Source: Blastocladiella emersonii ATCC 22665 (lineage: Eukaryota; Fungi; Blastocladiomycota). Taken from it: a DNA stretch of 64,000 nt. Shown in pieces: positions 35,001 through 48,532 of the stretch. A program made the translations under genes and the position numbers. The stretch covers positions 1,612,001 through 1,676,000 of the forward strand of contig JANHCV010000002.1 of assembly GCA_025594325.1 (NCBI GenBank). The letters are read 5' to 3'. The notes below the pieces were generated by a model that made no database searches, was not told where the DNA came from, and saw nothing but the letters and a program-made list of their open reading frames with translations. How positions within the stretch are numbered: the first letter of the stretch is position 1; every line of letters starts with the position of its first letter.

Positions 35001-38000
35001 CAGCGCGTCATGAAGCCCGGGCTCACGCGGCTCAACTGGACGTCGCTCGGGATCCCGGACTTCATCCAGAAGTGCAACCAGGAGATCTCCAAGTTCACGT
35101 CGCTCATGAACCAGGTGCGCAAGAACTCGGCCAACGTGTCGCACGTCGTCGACCAGATCGCGCGCGCCGTGCTCATCAAGGAGCCGCCGCCCGGCGAGAT
35201 CCCGGACGTGTACGAGTTCCTCGACATGTGCAACAAGAACAAGGCGGCCATCGTCGAGGGGCTCGTGCAAAAGTACTTGACTATCTCGCCGCTGCTCATC
35301 AAGATCGAGTCGCTCGTCGTGACCACCAACACGGGCCGGTCGCCCGCGCTCCGGTCCTACTACGCGCACTGGGAGAAGCGCATCTTCATGGCGCTCAACC
35401 AGATGCTCGTGCACAACATGATGTACCTCGCGGCGCTCATGAAGATCAGCGCCAAGCGGCTCAAGAAGAAGCTGCTGCACCCGCGCGAGGCCCCGCTGTT
35501 CAAGGTGTCGGCCAACCTCAGCGCGCCCGAGATCGTCATCTCGCCGCTCGCGACCGAGATCTACAAGCTCATGATCAAGTTCGTGCGGTCCATCATTGAG
35601 AGCACCAAGGAGTTCAACCGGTGGCAGGCCGGGTCGTGCATCCTGACCCGCCCGATCCGCAGCGCGCAGGGCGAGGAGGTGGCCAACTTCTCCTTCTACT
35701 CGGACGTGTGCAACAACGGCGCCGTCGTCAACACCATGGTGTTCCTCAACCAGGGCATCGCGCGGTGCTTTGCCAACATCGCCAAGTACCTTGACTCGTG
35801 GCGCAAGTACCGCCCGCTGTGGAAGGTCGACAAGGTCATCACGCTCGAGAAGTTCTCGCAGAAGAAGCCGTCGTGCGCGCAGTACGACGAGAAGCTGCTC
35901 TTCTACCTCAAGCTGAACAAGGACGTCGAGGCGCAGCCCGAGGTCCGCGACCTCGACTTCATCCGCGTCATCCTCGTCCCGCTCAAGCTCGCCGTGCAGC
36001 GCGAGGCCGCGCAGTGGATCGCCGCCATTGGCCGGTTCCTCCACGGCATGGCGCAGCAGTCGCTGCTCGACCTCGAGGGCAAGATCGCCAAGTACAACCA
36101 GGACCTGACGCGCGACACGGCGTCGCTCGAGGACCTGACGTTCGTGCTCGAGGTGATCGCCGACATCCGCAGCGTGTCGAGCGACTTTGAGATCGCGTGC
36201 TTCGAGTGCATCGACTGCTACCGCACGCTCAAGATGTACGGCATCACGATCGAGACGCCCGACGAGTTTGAGCGCGCGCCGCAGCTGCTCGACCGGTGGG
36301 CCGCCCTGCTCGCGCTGGCCAAGGAGGTCGACGGCACGCTCATCGCCGTCAAGGCCAAGTTCACGAACCAGACGATCCAGCAGGTCAAGGCTTTCAAGGA
36401 CAACCTGGCGTCGTTCAAGAATACGTTCCAGCTCGAGGGCCCCGCCATGGCCAACGACCTCGAGAAGGGGCTCAAGCAGCTCGAGACGGCCAAGACCACG
36501 CTCGAGCAGCTCAAGGAGAAGTCGCAGTACCTCGTCTTCTGCGAGAAGCTCTTCAACCTCAACGTGTCGTCGTACCCGGACATGAACCAGCTCGACGGCG
36601 ACATCGCCTCGCTCAGCCGCATCTACGACCTGTACGTGAGCGTGCGCAACTCGATTGCCGACTGGAGCGCGACGCTGTGGTCGGCGCTCGACTTGACCAT
36701 CATCACCAAGGGCACCGACGAGTACTCGACGATCCTGCGCAAGATGCCGCCCGAGCTCAAGCAGCTGCTGCCGTACAACGTGATCGCCGACAAGGTGCTC
36801 GCGTTCAAGAACTCGCTCCCGCTGCTCAGCGACCTCAAGAACGAGGCCCTCCGCGAGCGCCACTGGAAGAAGCTCATGGACGTGACGGGCAAGACCTTCG
36901 ACATGAACCCCGAGTCCTTCACCCTCGAGAAGCTCGTGGCCATGAACCTGCACGAGTTCGCCGCCGAGATCGGCGACATCGTCACGGGCGCCATGAAGGA
37001 GCTCAGCATCGAGTCGGCGCTCAAGGAGCTCGAGGGCGCGTGGAAGACCATGAAGTTCAACGTGGTCCGCTACAACAAGGGCGGCGGCGGCGGCGGTGGT
37101 CCCGCGGCCGCGGCACCCGCCGGCGCTCCCGCCGGAGCTGCTGCCGCCGCGACGGCCGCGTCGGGCGCCGACGACAAGGGCTTCATCCTCGGCGGCGTCG
37201 AGGACGTGGTGCTCTCGCTCGACGACAACGCCATGAACCTGCAGTCGATGGCCGCGTCCAAGTTCGTCGCCGCGTTCCTCCCGCAGGTCCAGAAGTGGGA
37301 GAAGCAGCTGTCGCTCATCGGCGAGGTGGTCGAGGTGTGGATGAACGTGCAGCGCAAGTGGATGTACCTCGAGTCCATCTTCCTCGCGGGCGACATCCGG
37401 CAGCAGCTGCCCGAGGAGGCCAAGCGGTTCGACGTCATCGACAAGACGTTCAAGAAGATCATGCTCGAGACGAGCAAGCACCCCGTGGTCCTCGACGCGT
37501 GCAGCACCGAGGGCCGCCTCGACACGCTGCGCGGGCTGTACGCGGACCTCGAGAGCTGCCAGAAGTCGCTCACCGACTACCTCCAGAACAAGCGCAACAC
37601 GTTCCCGCGCTTCTACTTCATCTCGGACGAGGAGCTGCTCTCGATCCTCGGCAGTAGCGACCCCAAGGCCGTCCAGGAGCACATCATCAAGATGTACGAC
37701 AACGTGGCGAAGCTGCTGTTCGTCAAGAACGACAAGGTCGTCAACGGCATGGCGTCGAGCGAGGGCGAGACACTCGAATTCCGCACGCCGGTGCCCGTCG
37801 AGGGCCGCGTCGAGCAGTGGATGAGCGTCGTGGCCGCCGAGATGAAGCGCACCAACCGCGTCGTGCACAAGGAGGCCGTCTTCTACTACGCCAAGATGGA
37901 CCGCTACGAGTGGCTGCGCCAATACCCGGGCATGTGCGGGCTCGCCGGCAGCGCCGTGTGGTGGACGTGGGAGGTCGAGGACACGTTCCAGAAGTTCAAG

Positions 38001-41000
38001 CGCGGCCAGAAGCTCGCCATGAAGCTGCTCTCGTCGCAGCTCGCGCAGCAGCTCGAGCAGCTCATCGTCGCGGTCCGCGGCCCGCTCACGTCCAACGAGC
38101 GCAAGAAGATCAACTCGCAGATCATCGTCGACGTGCACGCGCGCGACATTGTCGACCGGTTCGTCCGCGACTCGATCATGGACGCGTCCGAGTTCGAGTG
38201 GGAGTCGCAGCTGCGCTTCTACTGGAACCAGGAGCGCGACGAGCTCATCGTGTGCCAGTGCAACGGCCAGTTCGACTACGGCTACGAGTACATGGGTCTC
38301 AACGGGCGCCTCGTCATCACGCCGCTCACGGACCGGTGCTACCTCACACTGACGCAGGCGCTCAGCATGAAGCTCGGCGGCGCGCCCGCGGGCCCCGCCG
38401 GGACCGGCAAGACCGAGACGGTCAAGGACCTCGCCAAGGCCATGGGCCTGCTGTGCATGGTCACCAACTGCGGCGAGGGCATGGACTACCAGGCCATGGG
38501 CAAGATCTTCTCGGGCCTCGTGCAGACGGGCGCGTGGGGCTGCCTCGACGAGTTCAACCGCATCGACCTCGCCGTGCTCTCGGTCATCGCCGCGCAGATC
38601 CGCACCATCCAGAGCGCGCTGATCATGAACCTGAAAAAGTTCCAGTTCGAGGGCTACGAGCTCAACCTCGAGAAGACCATGGGCATCTTCATCACCATGA
38701 ACCCGGGCTACGCCGGCCGGTCCGAGCTGCCCGACAACCTCAAGGCGCTGTTCCGCCCCGTCGTCATGGTCGTGCCCGACCTCGAGCTCATCTGCGAGAT
38801 CATGCTCTTCTCCGAGGGGTTCTCGCTCGCCAAGTCGCTAGCCAAGAAGATGGTCGTGCTGTACAAGCTCGCCAAGGGCCAGCTGTCCAAGCAGCACCAC
38901 TACGATTTCGGTCTGCGCGCGCTTAAGTCGGTGCTCGTCATGGCCGGCGCACTCAAGCGCGGGTCGCCCGACCTGAACGAGGACGTGGTGCTGATGCGCG
39001 CGCTCCGCGACATGAACCTGCCCAAATTCGTCTTCGACGATGTGCCGCTGTTCATGGGCCTGATCGGCGACCTGTTCCCGGGCCTCGACTGCCCGCGCGT
39101 GCGGTACCCCGACTTCAACGACGCCGTCGAGCAGGTCGTCCAGGAGCTGCACCTCATCAACGTGCCGATCCAGATCGACAAGGTCGTGCAGGTGTACGAG
39201 ACGTGCATGACGCGCCACACGACCATGATCGTTGGGCCGTCGGGCGGCGGCAAGTCGGTCGTTCTCGACGTGCTGGCGCGTGCGCAGACCAAGCTCGGCG
39301 TGCACACCAAGTTCTACACGCTCAACCCCAAAGCCGTCACGGTCAACGAGCTGTACGGCATCCTGAACCCGGAGACGCGCGACTGGACCGACGGCCTGCT
39401 GTCCAACATCTTCCGCGAGATCAACAAGCCGACCGACAAGAAGGAGAAAAAGTACATCTGCTTCGACGGCGACGTGGACGCCGTGTGGGTCGAGAACATG
39501 AACTCGGTCATGGACGACAACCGGCTGCTCACGCTGCCCAACGGCGAGCGCATCCGGCTCCAGCGGCACTGCGCGCTCTTCTTCGAGGTCGGCGACCTGC
39601 AGTACGCGTCGCCCGCCACGGTCTCGCGGTGCGGCATGGTGTACCTCGACCCCAAGAACCTCGGGTACAAGCCCTTCTACGACCGGTGGTGCAAGTCGTT
39701 TGACGACCGCGCGCTTGGCGAGAACCTGATGAAGCTGTACGTCAAGTACATTCCGCCGCTCATGGACCTCATCTTCGAGGCCGTGTTCGCCGGTGTCAAC
39801 GTCGACCCCATCTCGCGCGTCATCAACACGACGCAGATCGGGATCATCTCGCAGCTCACCAACCTGTGCGAGTCGCAGCTCGGCGACACGCGCATCACGA
39901 CCAACGTGCGCGCCGTCGAGGCCGTGTACATCCAGTCCATCGTGTGGTCGATTGGCGCGCAGCTCGTCGAGCGCGACCGCGTCCAGTTCAGCGACTGCGT
40001 CAAGAAGCTCGCCGAGATGACGCTCATCAACACGGGCGGCGCCATCAACCTCGGCGAGCTGCCCGGCAGCGACAAGCTGCTGTACGACTACCGGTTCGAC
40101 ACCAACGACCTGCAGTGGCGGCCGTGGAGCCACTACGTGCAGCCGTACTCGCACAACCGGTCGCTGCCGTTCCACCAGATCCTGGTCCCGACCACGGACA
40201 CGTCGCGGTACATTTGGCTGCTCGAGCGGTTCGCGTCGCTCAAGAAGCCCGTGCTGTTCGTCGGCGACGTCGGCACGTCAAAGACGGTCACCGTCAACAC
40301 GTTCCTGCGCTCGCTGCCGACGGACCAGTTCATGGTCCTCTTCATGAACCTGTCTTCGCGCACGTCGAGCATGGACGTGCAGCGCAACGTCGAGGCCAAC
40401 GTCGAGAAGCGCACCAAGGACACGTACGGCCCCGCCTCGGGCAAGAAGCTGTTCGTGTTCGTCGACGACCTCAACATGCCGCAAAAGGACACGTACGGCA
40501 CGCAGCAGCCCATCGCGCTGCTCAAGATCCTCATCGAGCGCGGCGGCTTCTACGAGCGCGGCAAGGAGCTGTACTGGAAGAACATGAAGGACCTGCTTTT
40601 CGTCGGCGCCATGGGCACGCCCGGCGGCGGCCGCAACGAGATCGACCCGCGGTTCGCGTCGCTGTTCAACGTGTTCAACATCGCGTTCCCGCCCGCCGTG
40701 TCGCTCGTCAACATCTACTCGTCGATCCTGTCGGGCCACCTGCACCCGACGTTTGCCAAGGAGGTGCAGGCGCTGGTCGAGCCCATCACGCAGATGACGC
40801 TCAAGCTGTACAAGTTCGTCGTCGATACGCTGCTGCCGACGCCGAGCAAGTTCCACTACATCTTCAACCTGCGCGACATCTCGCGCATCTACGAGGGCCT
40901 GCTGCAGTCGACGCCCGACAACTTCAAGTCGGCGACGCAGCTGTTCCGGCTGTGGCGCAACGAGGCGCTGCGCGTGTTCCACGACCGCCTGATCAACGAG

Positions 41001-44000
41001 GAGGACAAGCACCTCGTGGTGCGCCAGATCAACGACCTGATCCGCGTCCAGTTCCCCGCCGACAAGGACGAGGAGTACGTGACGCGGTCGCCGTGCCTGT
41101 TCGGCGACTACCGCCACGCGCTGCACGAGGGCGAGGGCCACCCGCGCCTGTACGAGGACCTGCTCGACTACGCGGCGATCCGCCCGCTGTTCCAGGAGAT
41201 CCTCGAGGAGTACAACGACAAGAACAACCCGATGCACCTTGTGCTGTTCGAGGAGGCCCTCGAGCACCTCACGCGCATCCACCGCGCAATCCGCATGCCC
41301 AAGGGCCACGCGCTGCTCGTCGGTGTCGGCGGCAGTGGCAAGCAGTCGCTGACGCGGCTCGCCGCGTTCACGGCCGGGTACAAGGTGTTCGAGATTGCGC
41401 TGTCGCGCGGGTACTCGGAGGCCGACTTCCGCGAGTCGCTCAAGCTGCTGTACTCGGAGCTCGGCAGCGGCAAGAAAGTGGTGTTCCTTTTCACGGACGC
41501 GCACGTGGTGCAGGAGGGCTTTCTTGAGCTGGTCAACAACATGCTCACGGTCGGCATCATCCCGACGTTGTACGCCGAGGACGAGAAGGAGGCAGTGCTC
41601 GGCACGGTGCGCGACGAGGTGACCAAGGCCGGCATGGTCGCGTCGCGCGAGAACTGCTGGCAGTACTTTGTCCAGAAGTGCAGCATGAACCTGCACATAG
41701 TCCTGTGCATGTCGCCGCAGGGCGACAAGCTGCGCGAGCGGTGCCGCAACTTCCCCGGCCTCGTCAGCAACACGGTCGTCGACTGGTTCCCGCCGTGGCC
41801 CGAGGAGGCGCTGCGGTCCGTCGCCGAGACCTTCCTCGGCACCGTGGTCCCGACCGAGTACAAGGACGCCATCGTCAGCCACATGGTCCAGGTGCACCTC
41901 TCGATCGGCGCGGCCTCGGCCGAGTTCCTCCAGCGCTGGCGCCGCACCAATTTCGTCACGCCCAAGAACTACCTCGACTACGTCAACTTCTACATCTCGC
42001 TCCTCCGCGACCAGCGCGAGACCAACGGCAAGCAGTGCACGCGCCTCGAGTCGGGTCTCTCGAAGCTCGAGGAAGCGTCGGTCCAGATCAAGGACCTCGG
42101 CGCCAAGCTCGCGGTGCAGAACGTCATGGTCAAGGAGAAGTCGGAGGCGTGCGAGGCGCTGCTGCAGGTCATCACGACGCAGACGGCGCAGGCCGAGGAG
42201 AAGAAGGAGCTCGCCATGAAGAAGGAGACGGAGCTCGACGCGCAGAACATCCAGATCGCCAAGGACAAGGAGGAGGCCGAGGTGGCCCTCGCCGAGGCGC
42301 TGCCTGCACTCGAGGAAGCGCGCAACGCGCTCAACAACCTGTCGGCCGCCGACATCACCGAGCTGCGGTCGTTCGCGAAACCGCCGCGCGAGGTGCAGAA
42401 GGTGTGCGAGTGCGTGTGCGTGATCAAGAACATCAAGGACGTGAGCTGGAAGTCGGCCAAGACCATGATGTCGGCCATCGACTTCCGCGCCTCGCTCATC
42501 TCCATGGACGTGGACGCCATCTCGTCGAACCAGGTCAAGACGGTCAAGACGATTCTGCGCGAGCTCGACATCACGTACGACCGCATGGTCGAGATCTCGA
42601 ACGCCGGCTCGGGCCTGTTCAAGTTCGTGCTCGCCGTTGTCGGGTACTGCAACGTGGCCAAGACGATCCAGCCCAAGCGGCTCGCCGTGGCCACGCTCGA
42701 GCGCAACCTCGCGCAGAGTAAAGCCGAGTACGAGAAGATCACGCGCGAGCTCGCCAAGCTCAACCAGAACCTGTCAGAGCTGCAGGCCCAGTTCCAGCAG
42801 GCGCGCACCGAGCAGATGGAGCTCAAGGAGATGGCCGAGGTGATGCAGCGCCGCCTCGACGCGGCCGACAAGCTCATCTCGGGCCTGCAGTCCGAGAAGG
42901 TGCGGTGGAGCAACGACCTGCAGACGCTGCAGGAGGAGCGGCACCAGCTCGTCGGCGACTGCCTGCTCGTGTCCGGGTTCATGAGCTACACGGGCGCCTT
43001 CAACTGGGAGTTCCGTACGGACCTGATGAACGTCAAGTGGATGCAAGACCTCGTCAACCGCAACGTGCCGCTGACCAAGCAGTTCTCCGTGTCGCGCATG
43101 ATGACGACCGAGGTCGAGCTCAGCCGGTGGGCGAGCGAGGGCCTCCCCGCCGACGAGCTGTCGATCCAGAACGGCATCCTGACTACGCGCGGCAGCCGGT
43201 ACCCGCTGTGCATCGACCCGCAGCAGCAGGCCGTGAGCTGGATCAAGCGGCGCGAGGCGAGCAACGGGCTCAAGGTCAGCACGTTCAACGAGGCCGACTT
43301 CCTCAAGCAGCTCGAGATGGCCATCACCTACGGGTTCCCGTTCCTGTTCGAGGACGTGGACGAGTACATTGACCCCGTCATCGACAACGTGCTCGACCGC
43401 AACATCAAGGTCGCGGGCAGCCGCCGGTTCATTGTGCTCGGCGACAAGGAGGTGGATTTCGATCCCAACTTCCGCCTGTACATGACGTCCAAGCTGTCGA
43501 ACCCAACCTACTCGGCCAAGGTGTTTGGCAGCTGCACCGTCATCAACTACTCGGTCACGCTCAAGGGCCTGCAGGACCAGCTGCTCAACGTGGTCGTGGG
43601 CCACGAGCGGCGCGAGCTCGAGGAGCAGCGCGAGCGGCTGGTGCAGGAGATGAGCTCGAACAAGGCGCTGCTCAAGGAGCTCGAGGACACGCTGCTGCGC
43701 GAGCTCGCGTCGTCGACGGGCATGATCCTCGACAACACGGAGCTGATCCGCACGCTCGAGGAGACCAAGACCAAGGCGACCGAGATTGCGCAGAAACTCG
43801 TGCTCGCGAACCAGACGGCCAAGGACGTGGAGCAGTCGCGCGACGGGTACCGCCCCGTGGCCAAGTGCGGGGCGATCCTGTATTTCGTGCTCGCGGAGCT
43901 GTCGGCCATCAACCCCATGTACGAGTACTCGCTGGCGGCGTTCCTCGAGGTGTTCAACGCGTCGCTCGACAAGAGCAAGCCCGACCCGGTGCTGTCGAAA

Positions 44001-46304
44001 CGGCTGGCCAAAATCATGGACACGCTCAAGTACGCCGTGTACAACTACGCGTGCACGGGCCTGTTCGAGCGCGACAAGCTCATGTTCTCGCTGCAGATGA
44101 CGCTCAAGCTGCTCGAGGGCGACGGGCTCATGGACCCGGTCGAGCTCGACTTCTTCCTCAAGGGCAACACGGCGCTCGAGATCCCCGCGCACACGAAACC
44201 CGACTGGATCAGCAACCAAGGGTGGAAGGACATTTGCAAGCTCAACGAGTTCCCGACGTTCGGCAACCTCATCCAGCACGTGCAGCAGAACGCGGCCGCG
44301 TGGCGCAAGTGGGTGTCGCACGAGACCCCCGAGGCGCTGCCCTCGCCGCTGCCCAACGCGGCCAACTTCACGCCGTTCCAGGCCATGTGCCTGCTGCGCT
44401 GCGTGCGGCCCGACCGCATTTACAACGCGGCGACCAACTTTGTGATCCTGCAGATGGGCGAAAAGTACGTGATGCCGCCCGTCATCAACTATCAGCACGT
44501 CTTCGAGCAGTCGTCGCCGACGACGGCCGTCGTGTTCATCCTGAGTCCGGGCGCCGACCCGGCGAGCGACGTGGCCAAGCTCGCCGAGTCGTCCGGGTTC
44601 GGCATCAACCGGCTCAAGTTCCTGTCGCTCGGGCAGGGCCAGGGCCCGATCGCGCTGCAGCTGCTCGACACGGCCGTGGCACGCGGGCAGTGGCTCATGC
44701 TGCAGAACTGCCACCTGCTCGCGGCGTGGCTGCGGCTGCTCGAGAAGGTGCTCGACAAGATCGACAAGCCGCACAAGGACTTCCGCCTGTGGCTCACGAC
44801 GGAGCCAACGCCGCAGTTCCCGATCGGCATCCTGCAGCGGTCGCTCAAGGTGGTCACGGAGCCGCCCAACGGGCTCAAGCTCAACCTGCGCGCGACCTAC
44901 TTCCGCATCAACGAGGAGATGATGGCCGAGTGCTCGCACCCGGCGTTCCGCCCGCTGACGTACGTGCTGGCCTTCTTCCACGCCGTGGTCCAGGAGCGGT
45001 CCAAGTACGGCAAGATCGGGTGGAACGTGAAGTACGACTTCAACGAGTCGGACTTCCGCGTGTCCTTTTCGATCCTCAAGATCTACCTGGCCAAGGGCGC
45101 GGACAAGATCCCGTGGAGCACGCTGCGGTACCTGATCGGCGAGACGACTTACGGCGGGCGCGTGACCGACGACTACGACCGGCGCATCGTCAACACGTAC
45201 CTCGAGGAGTACACGGGCGACTTCCTGTTCGACACGCACCAGCGGTTCTACTTCTTCAAAAGCGACCACGTGCAGTACGCGGTGCCGCTGTCGGGCTCGC
45301 GCGACGACTACCTGGGGGTCATCGAGTCGCTGCCGCTGACCAATGCGCCCGACGTGTTCGGGCTGCACCCGGACGCCGAGATCGGGTACCTGACGAACTT
45401 CGTGCGCGACATCTGGACGCAGCTCGTTGCGCTGCAGCCGCGGCGGACGGCGGGCGCGGGCGGGATGAGCCGCGACGAGATGATCGCGACGACGGCCAAG
45501 GAGGTGCTGAGCCGGATCCCGCCCGTGGTCGACGTGCTCAAGATCCGCAAGCACTTCGGGACGCCGACGCCGACGCAGATCGTGCTGCTGCAGGAGCTCG
45601 AGCGGTGGAACCTGCTGGTCGAGCGCATCGCGTCGACGCTGCGCGACCTGCAGCGCGCCATCAAGGGCGAGATCGGCATGTCGCAGAAGCTCGACGAGCT
45701 CGCCAACAACCTGTACAACGGCACGCTCCCCGCGCAGTGGAAGTCGCTCGCGCCGCAGACGGAGAAGGGTCTGGGCAGCTGGATGGCGCATTTCGACCGG
45801 CGGTTCGCGCAGTTCACGTCGTGGATCAAGAACGGCGAGCCCGTGGTGATGTGGTTGTCGGGCCTCCACGTGCCCGAGAGCTACCTGACGGCGCTGGTGC
45901 AGGTGGCGTGCCGCAAGAACGGGTGGTCGCTGGACCGGTCGACGCTGTACACGGTGGTGACCGAGTACACGGACGCCAAGGAGATCAACGAGCGGCCGGC
46001 GCTCGGGTGCTACATCGAGGGCCTATACCTCGAGGGCGCGCGGTGGAACTCGCAGATCGGCGGGCTCGACCGGCTGGTGCCCGGGTCCGGGCTCGTGCAG
46101 CCGCTGCCGATCCTGCGCATCGTGCCGATCGAGGTGGCCAAGCTCAAGCTCATCAACACGTTCAAGACGCCCGTGTACACGACGCAGCAGCGGCGCAACG
46201 CGGCCGGCGTCGGGTGGGTGTTTGACGCGGACCTCGCGACCCGCGACCACCCGAGCCACTGGGTCCTCCAGGGCGTGTGCCTGGTCATGAACACGAACGA
46301 GTAG
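32009..46304 (+). CDS. DNAH10: Axonemal inner-arm dynein heavy chain 10 (I1/f alpha); introns 32766-32826, 33973-34039, 34594-34670
   Basis: AAA1 [30 protein letters not shown]...[12 protein letters not shown]2 [11 protein letters not shown]3 [11 protein letters not shown]4 [10 protein letters not shown]-terminus [13 protein letters not shown]. The three introns splice in frame. Confidence 0.93.
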
Positions 46305-46659
46305 TAGTGGTAGGTGATGGCATGTCAACTTTCTGTATACAATTTTCTCTCGACTAGTCAGTCCTCCCTATTGCTCGACGCGACGCGCCCCGGTTCGCGT
46401 CGTTCATTAGCCGCGGAAGTGCACGTGGACGGCCCGTCACGGCGGATTGGGCGCATCCGGGCGCCGCCCGCCGACTCTGACGCCGCCACCGCGCTTGCGG
46501 CCCGCCTGTCGCCCCCGCTCCAGATCCCTTGCCGGGCGCGCTCTTGCACCGCTTCATTCATCAACCGATCTGCCTCGGCGGTCGCCCCCCACACTCTCTG
46601 CAACGGATCAAGCAAGCAAATCTCGGTGACCGACCGCGCGCCGCAGAACCCCCCTCGCC

Positions 46660-48480
46660 ATGGCCCCACCATTGACCCGGCCAGCGAGGCTCGCGCTCAG
46701 CCTGCTGGTCCTGCTCGGCGCCGTGCTGGTGCTCGTGGCGCGCAAGCGCGCGGGCCCCGCGCCCGTTGACGAGCTCGACGTGCAGGACCAGCCCACGGAC
46801 CCACCGCGCCACCACCCGCTGCTCGTGTGGTCGACGTGTACGCTGGTTTGAAGATGGTGAGAGGGGATGGACAGCGGGACCAACGACGGCTGCGCTGCCC
46901 TGTGTAGGGTACGGCCGGACCGACTTCTGGGAAGGCCGCCGCATCGACTACTGCGGCACCGGGAAGCCCGCCTGCGTCGCGACCCACGACCGTACGCCTG
47001 TGGGCTCGCGCTGGTGTGTGGTGATGGCGCTGGCTGACGCTCCAGTGGTGTAGGCAACAAGCTCCCGCATAGCGAGGTTGTCCTCATCCACAACGCTGGT
47101 GCGACCCGCTGGCTGCCCTCCGAGCCCGACCCCGGACTCACGAATCTGCGATAACGACGACGTAGACTACAACGCCAAGGACCTGCCACCACGCCAAAAG
47201 GGCAAGCCGTGGGTCGTGTTCGGCCGCGACGCTCCCATCGACGTACGCGTTCACGCGCGCGCACCCGTCGCAGAACCCGTCCGATTGACGTTCTTCGTGT
47301 CTAGAACCCGTGGCAGACGGACGCGCAGAACATGCGCCAGTTCGACCTGTCCATGACGCACCGGACCGACTCAGACTTCCCGATCCCATGGTTCAGCCGG
47401 CCGCTCGTCGACGAGGCGCTGCGGCCGCTAAACGAGAAGCGGATCCGCGGCAAGTTCAGCCGGTGGTACGACCTGCCGCCCATCGTGTGGGCCGAGAACG
47501 ACTGCACCGCGCCCAACAAGTACCCGGCGCTGGTGCGCGAGCTCAACAAGCACATGCCCGTGCACTCGTACGGCGAGTGCGTCAACACGCTACCCGCGGG
47601 GCGCGACCTCGCCCAGGCCGAGGACCACGTGCGCATGATCGAGCCGTACAAGTTCGCGCTCATCACCGAGTACGCCAACTGCGATGGGTTTGTCCAGGAC
47701 AAGCTGATGCGCGCGTTCCGCGCCGGCGTCGTGCCCGTCGTCGACGGGCCGCGCAACTACTCGGCCATCGCGCCCACCCCGAAAGCCGTGATCCACGTCG
47801 ACGACTTCCCGAACCTCGCCGCCCTCGCCGCGTACCTCACGCGCGCCGCCAACAACCGCACGCTGTACCTCGAGCACCTCGACTACCGCCAGAACCGCAC
47901 CAACGTGAGCCCGGCGTGGCGCAAGTACTGGGGCAGCATCATGGACCGCGGCGAGTGGTCCGGGTGGTGCCGCCTGTGCAATTTCGCCGTGCGCCGCCAG
48001 TTCGCGCACCTGCGCCGCGCGTTCCCCGACCGCCAGTCGTTTGTCCGCGCGTTCCGCTACCGCCTCTCGGACCAGATGACCTGGCACGACGCCGACCCGC
48101 GCCAGCCCCCCTCGCCGCACGTCCTCGCCTTCCTCAACTCGATCCCGGACCCGGCACCCGCCGATTCCGCGGTCGTTGACCGCCGCGACCCCGTCGCGAG
48201 TATCCGGTCCGAGTTTACGGTCCAGTTCCCCGACCAGTCGTGCGTCGCGGGCAAGTGGGCCGCGCTCGACGTCAAGCAGAAGATCGAGAAGGAGAAGGCC
48301 GCGCTTCTCGAGACGTGGCACGCGCGTGACGCAAAGGCTTCGGGCGCGGCCAAGAACCAGCACGACGAATCCGACGCCGCAGCAGCACCAGGATCCGCAC
48401 CAAGCGAAGACCACGCCGCGGGTATCGGCAACGAGCGCCACGCACGCGGATCGTGGATGGACGGCGGCGCGCTGCTCTGA
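46660..48480 (+). CDS. Glycosyltransferase family 10 (alpha-1,3-fucosyltransferase-like) type II membrane protein, four 5' introns
   Basis: N-terminal TM. Spliced model gives CVATHDR..EVVLIHNAD..LPPR..PWVVFGRDAP..FDLSMTHRTDSD. GT10-like motif YKFALITEYANCDGFVQDKLMRAFRAGVVPVVDG. Confidence 0.8.
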
Positions 48481-48532
48481 CCTTACTTGCACACTCTTCT
48501 AGCCCTTGATAATAGATTCTTTCTCCTCCCAT

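Noticed and set aside
34611-45869. Very long antisense and alternative-frame ORFs (up to 1175 aa) over the dynein, SEC63 and other genes
   Set aside because: Expected shadows of extreme GC3 bias, with no recognisable motifs.
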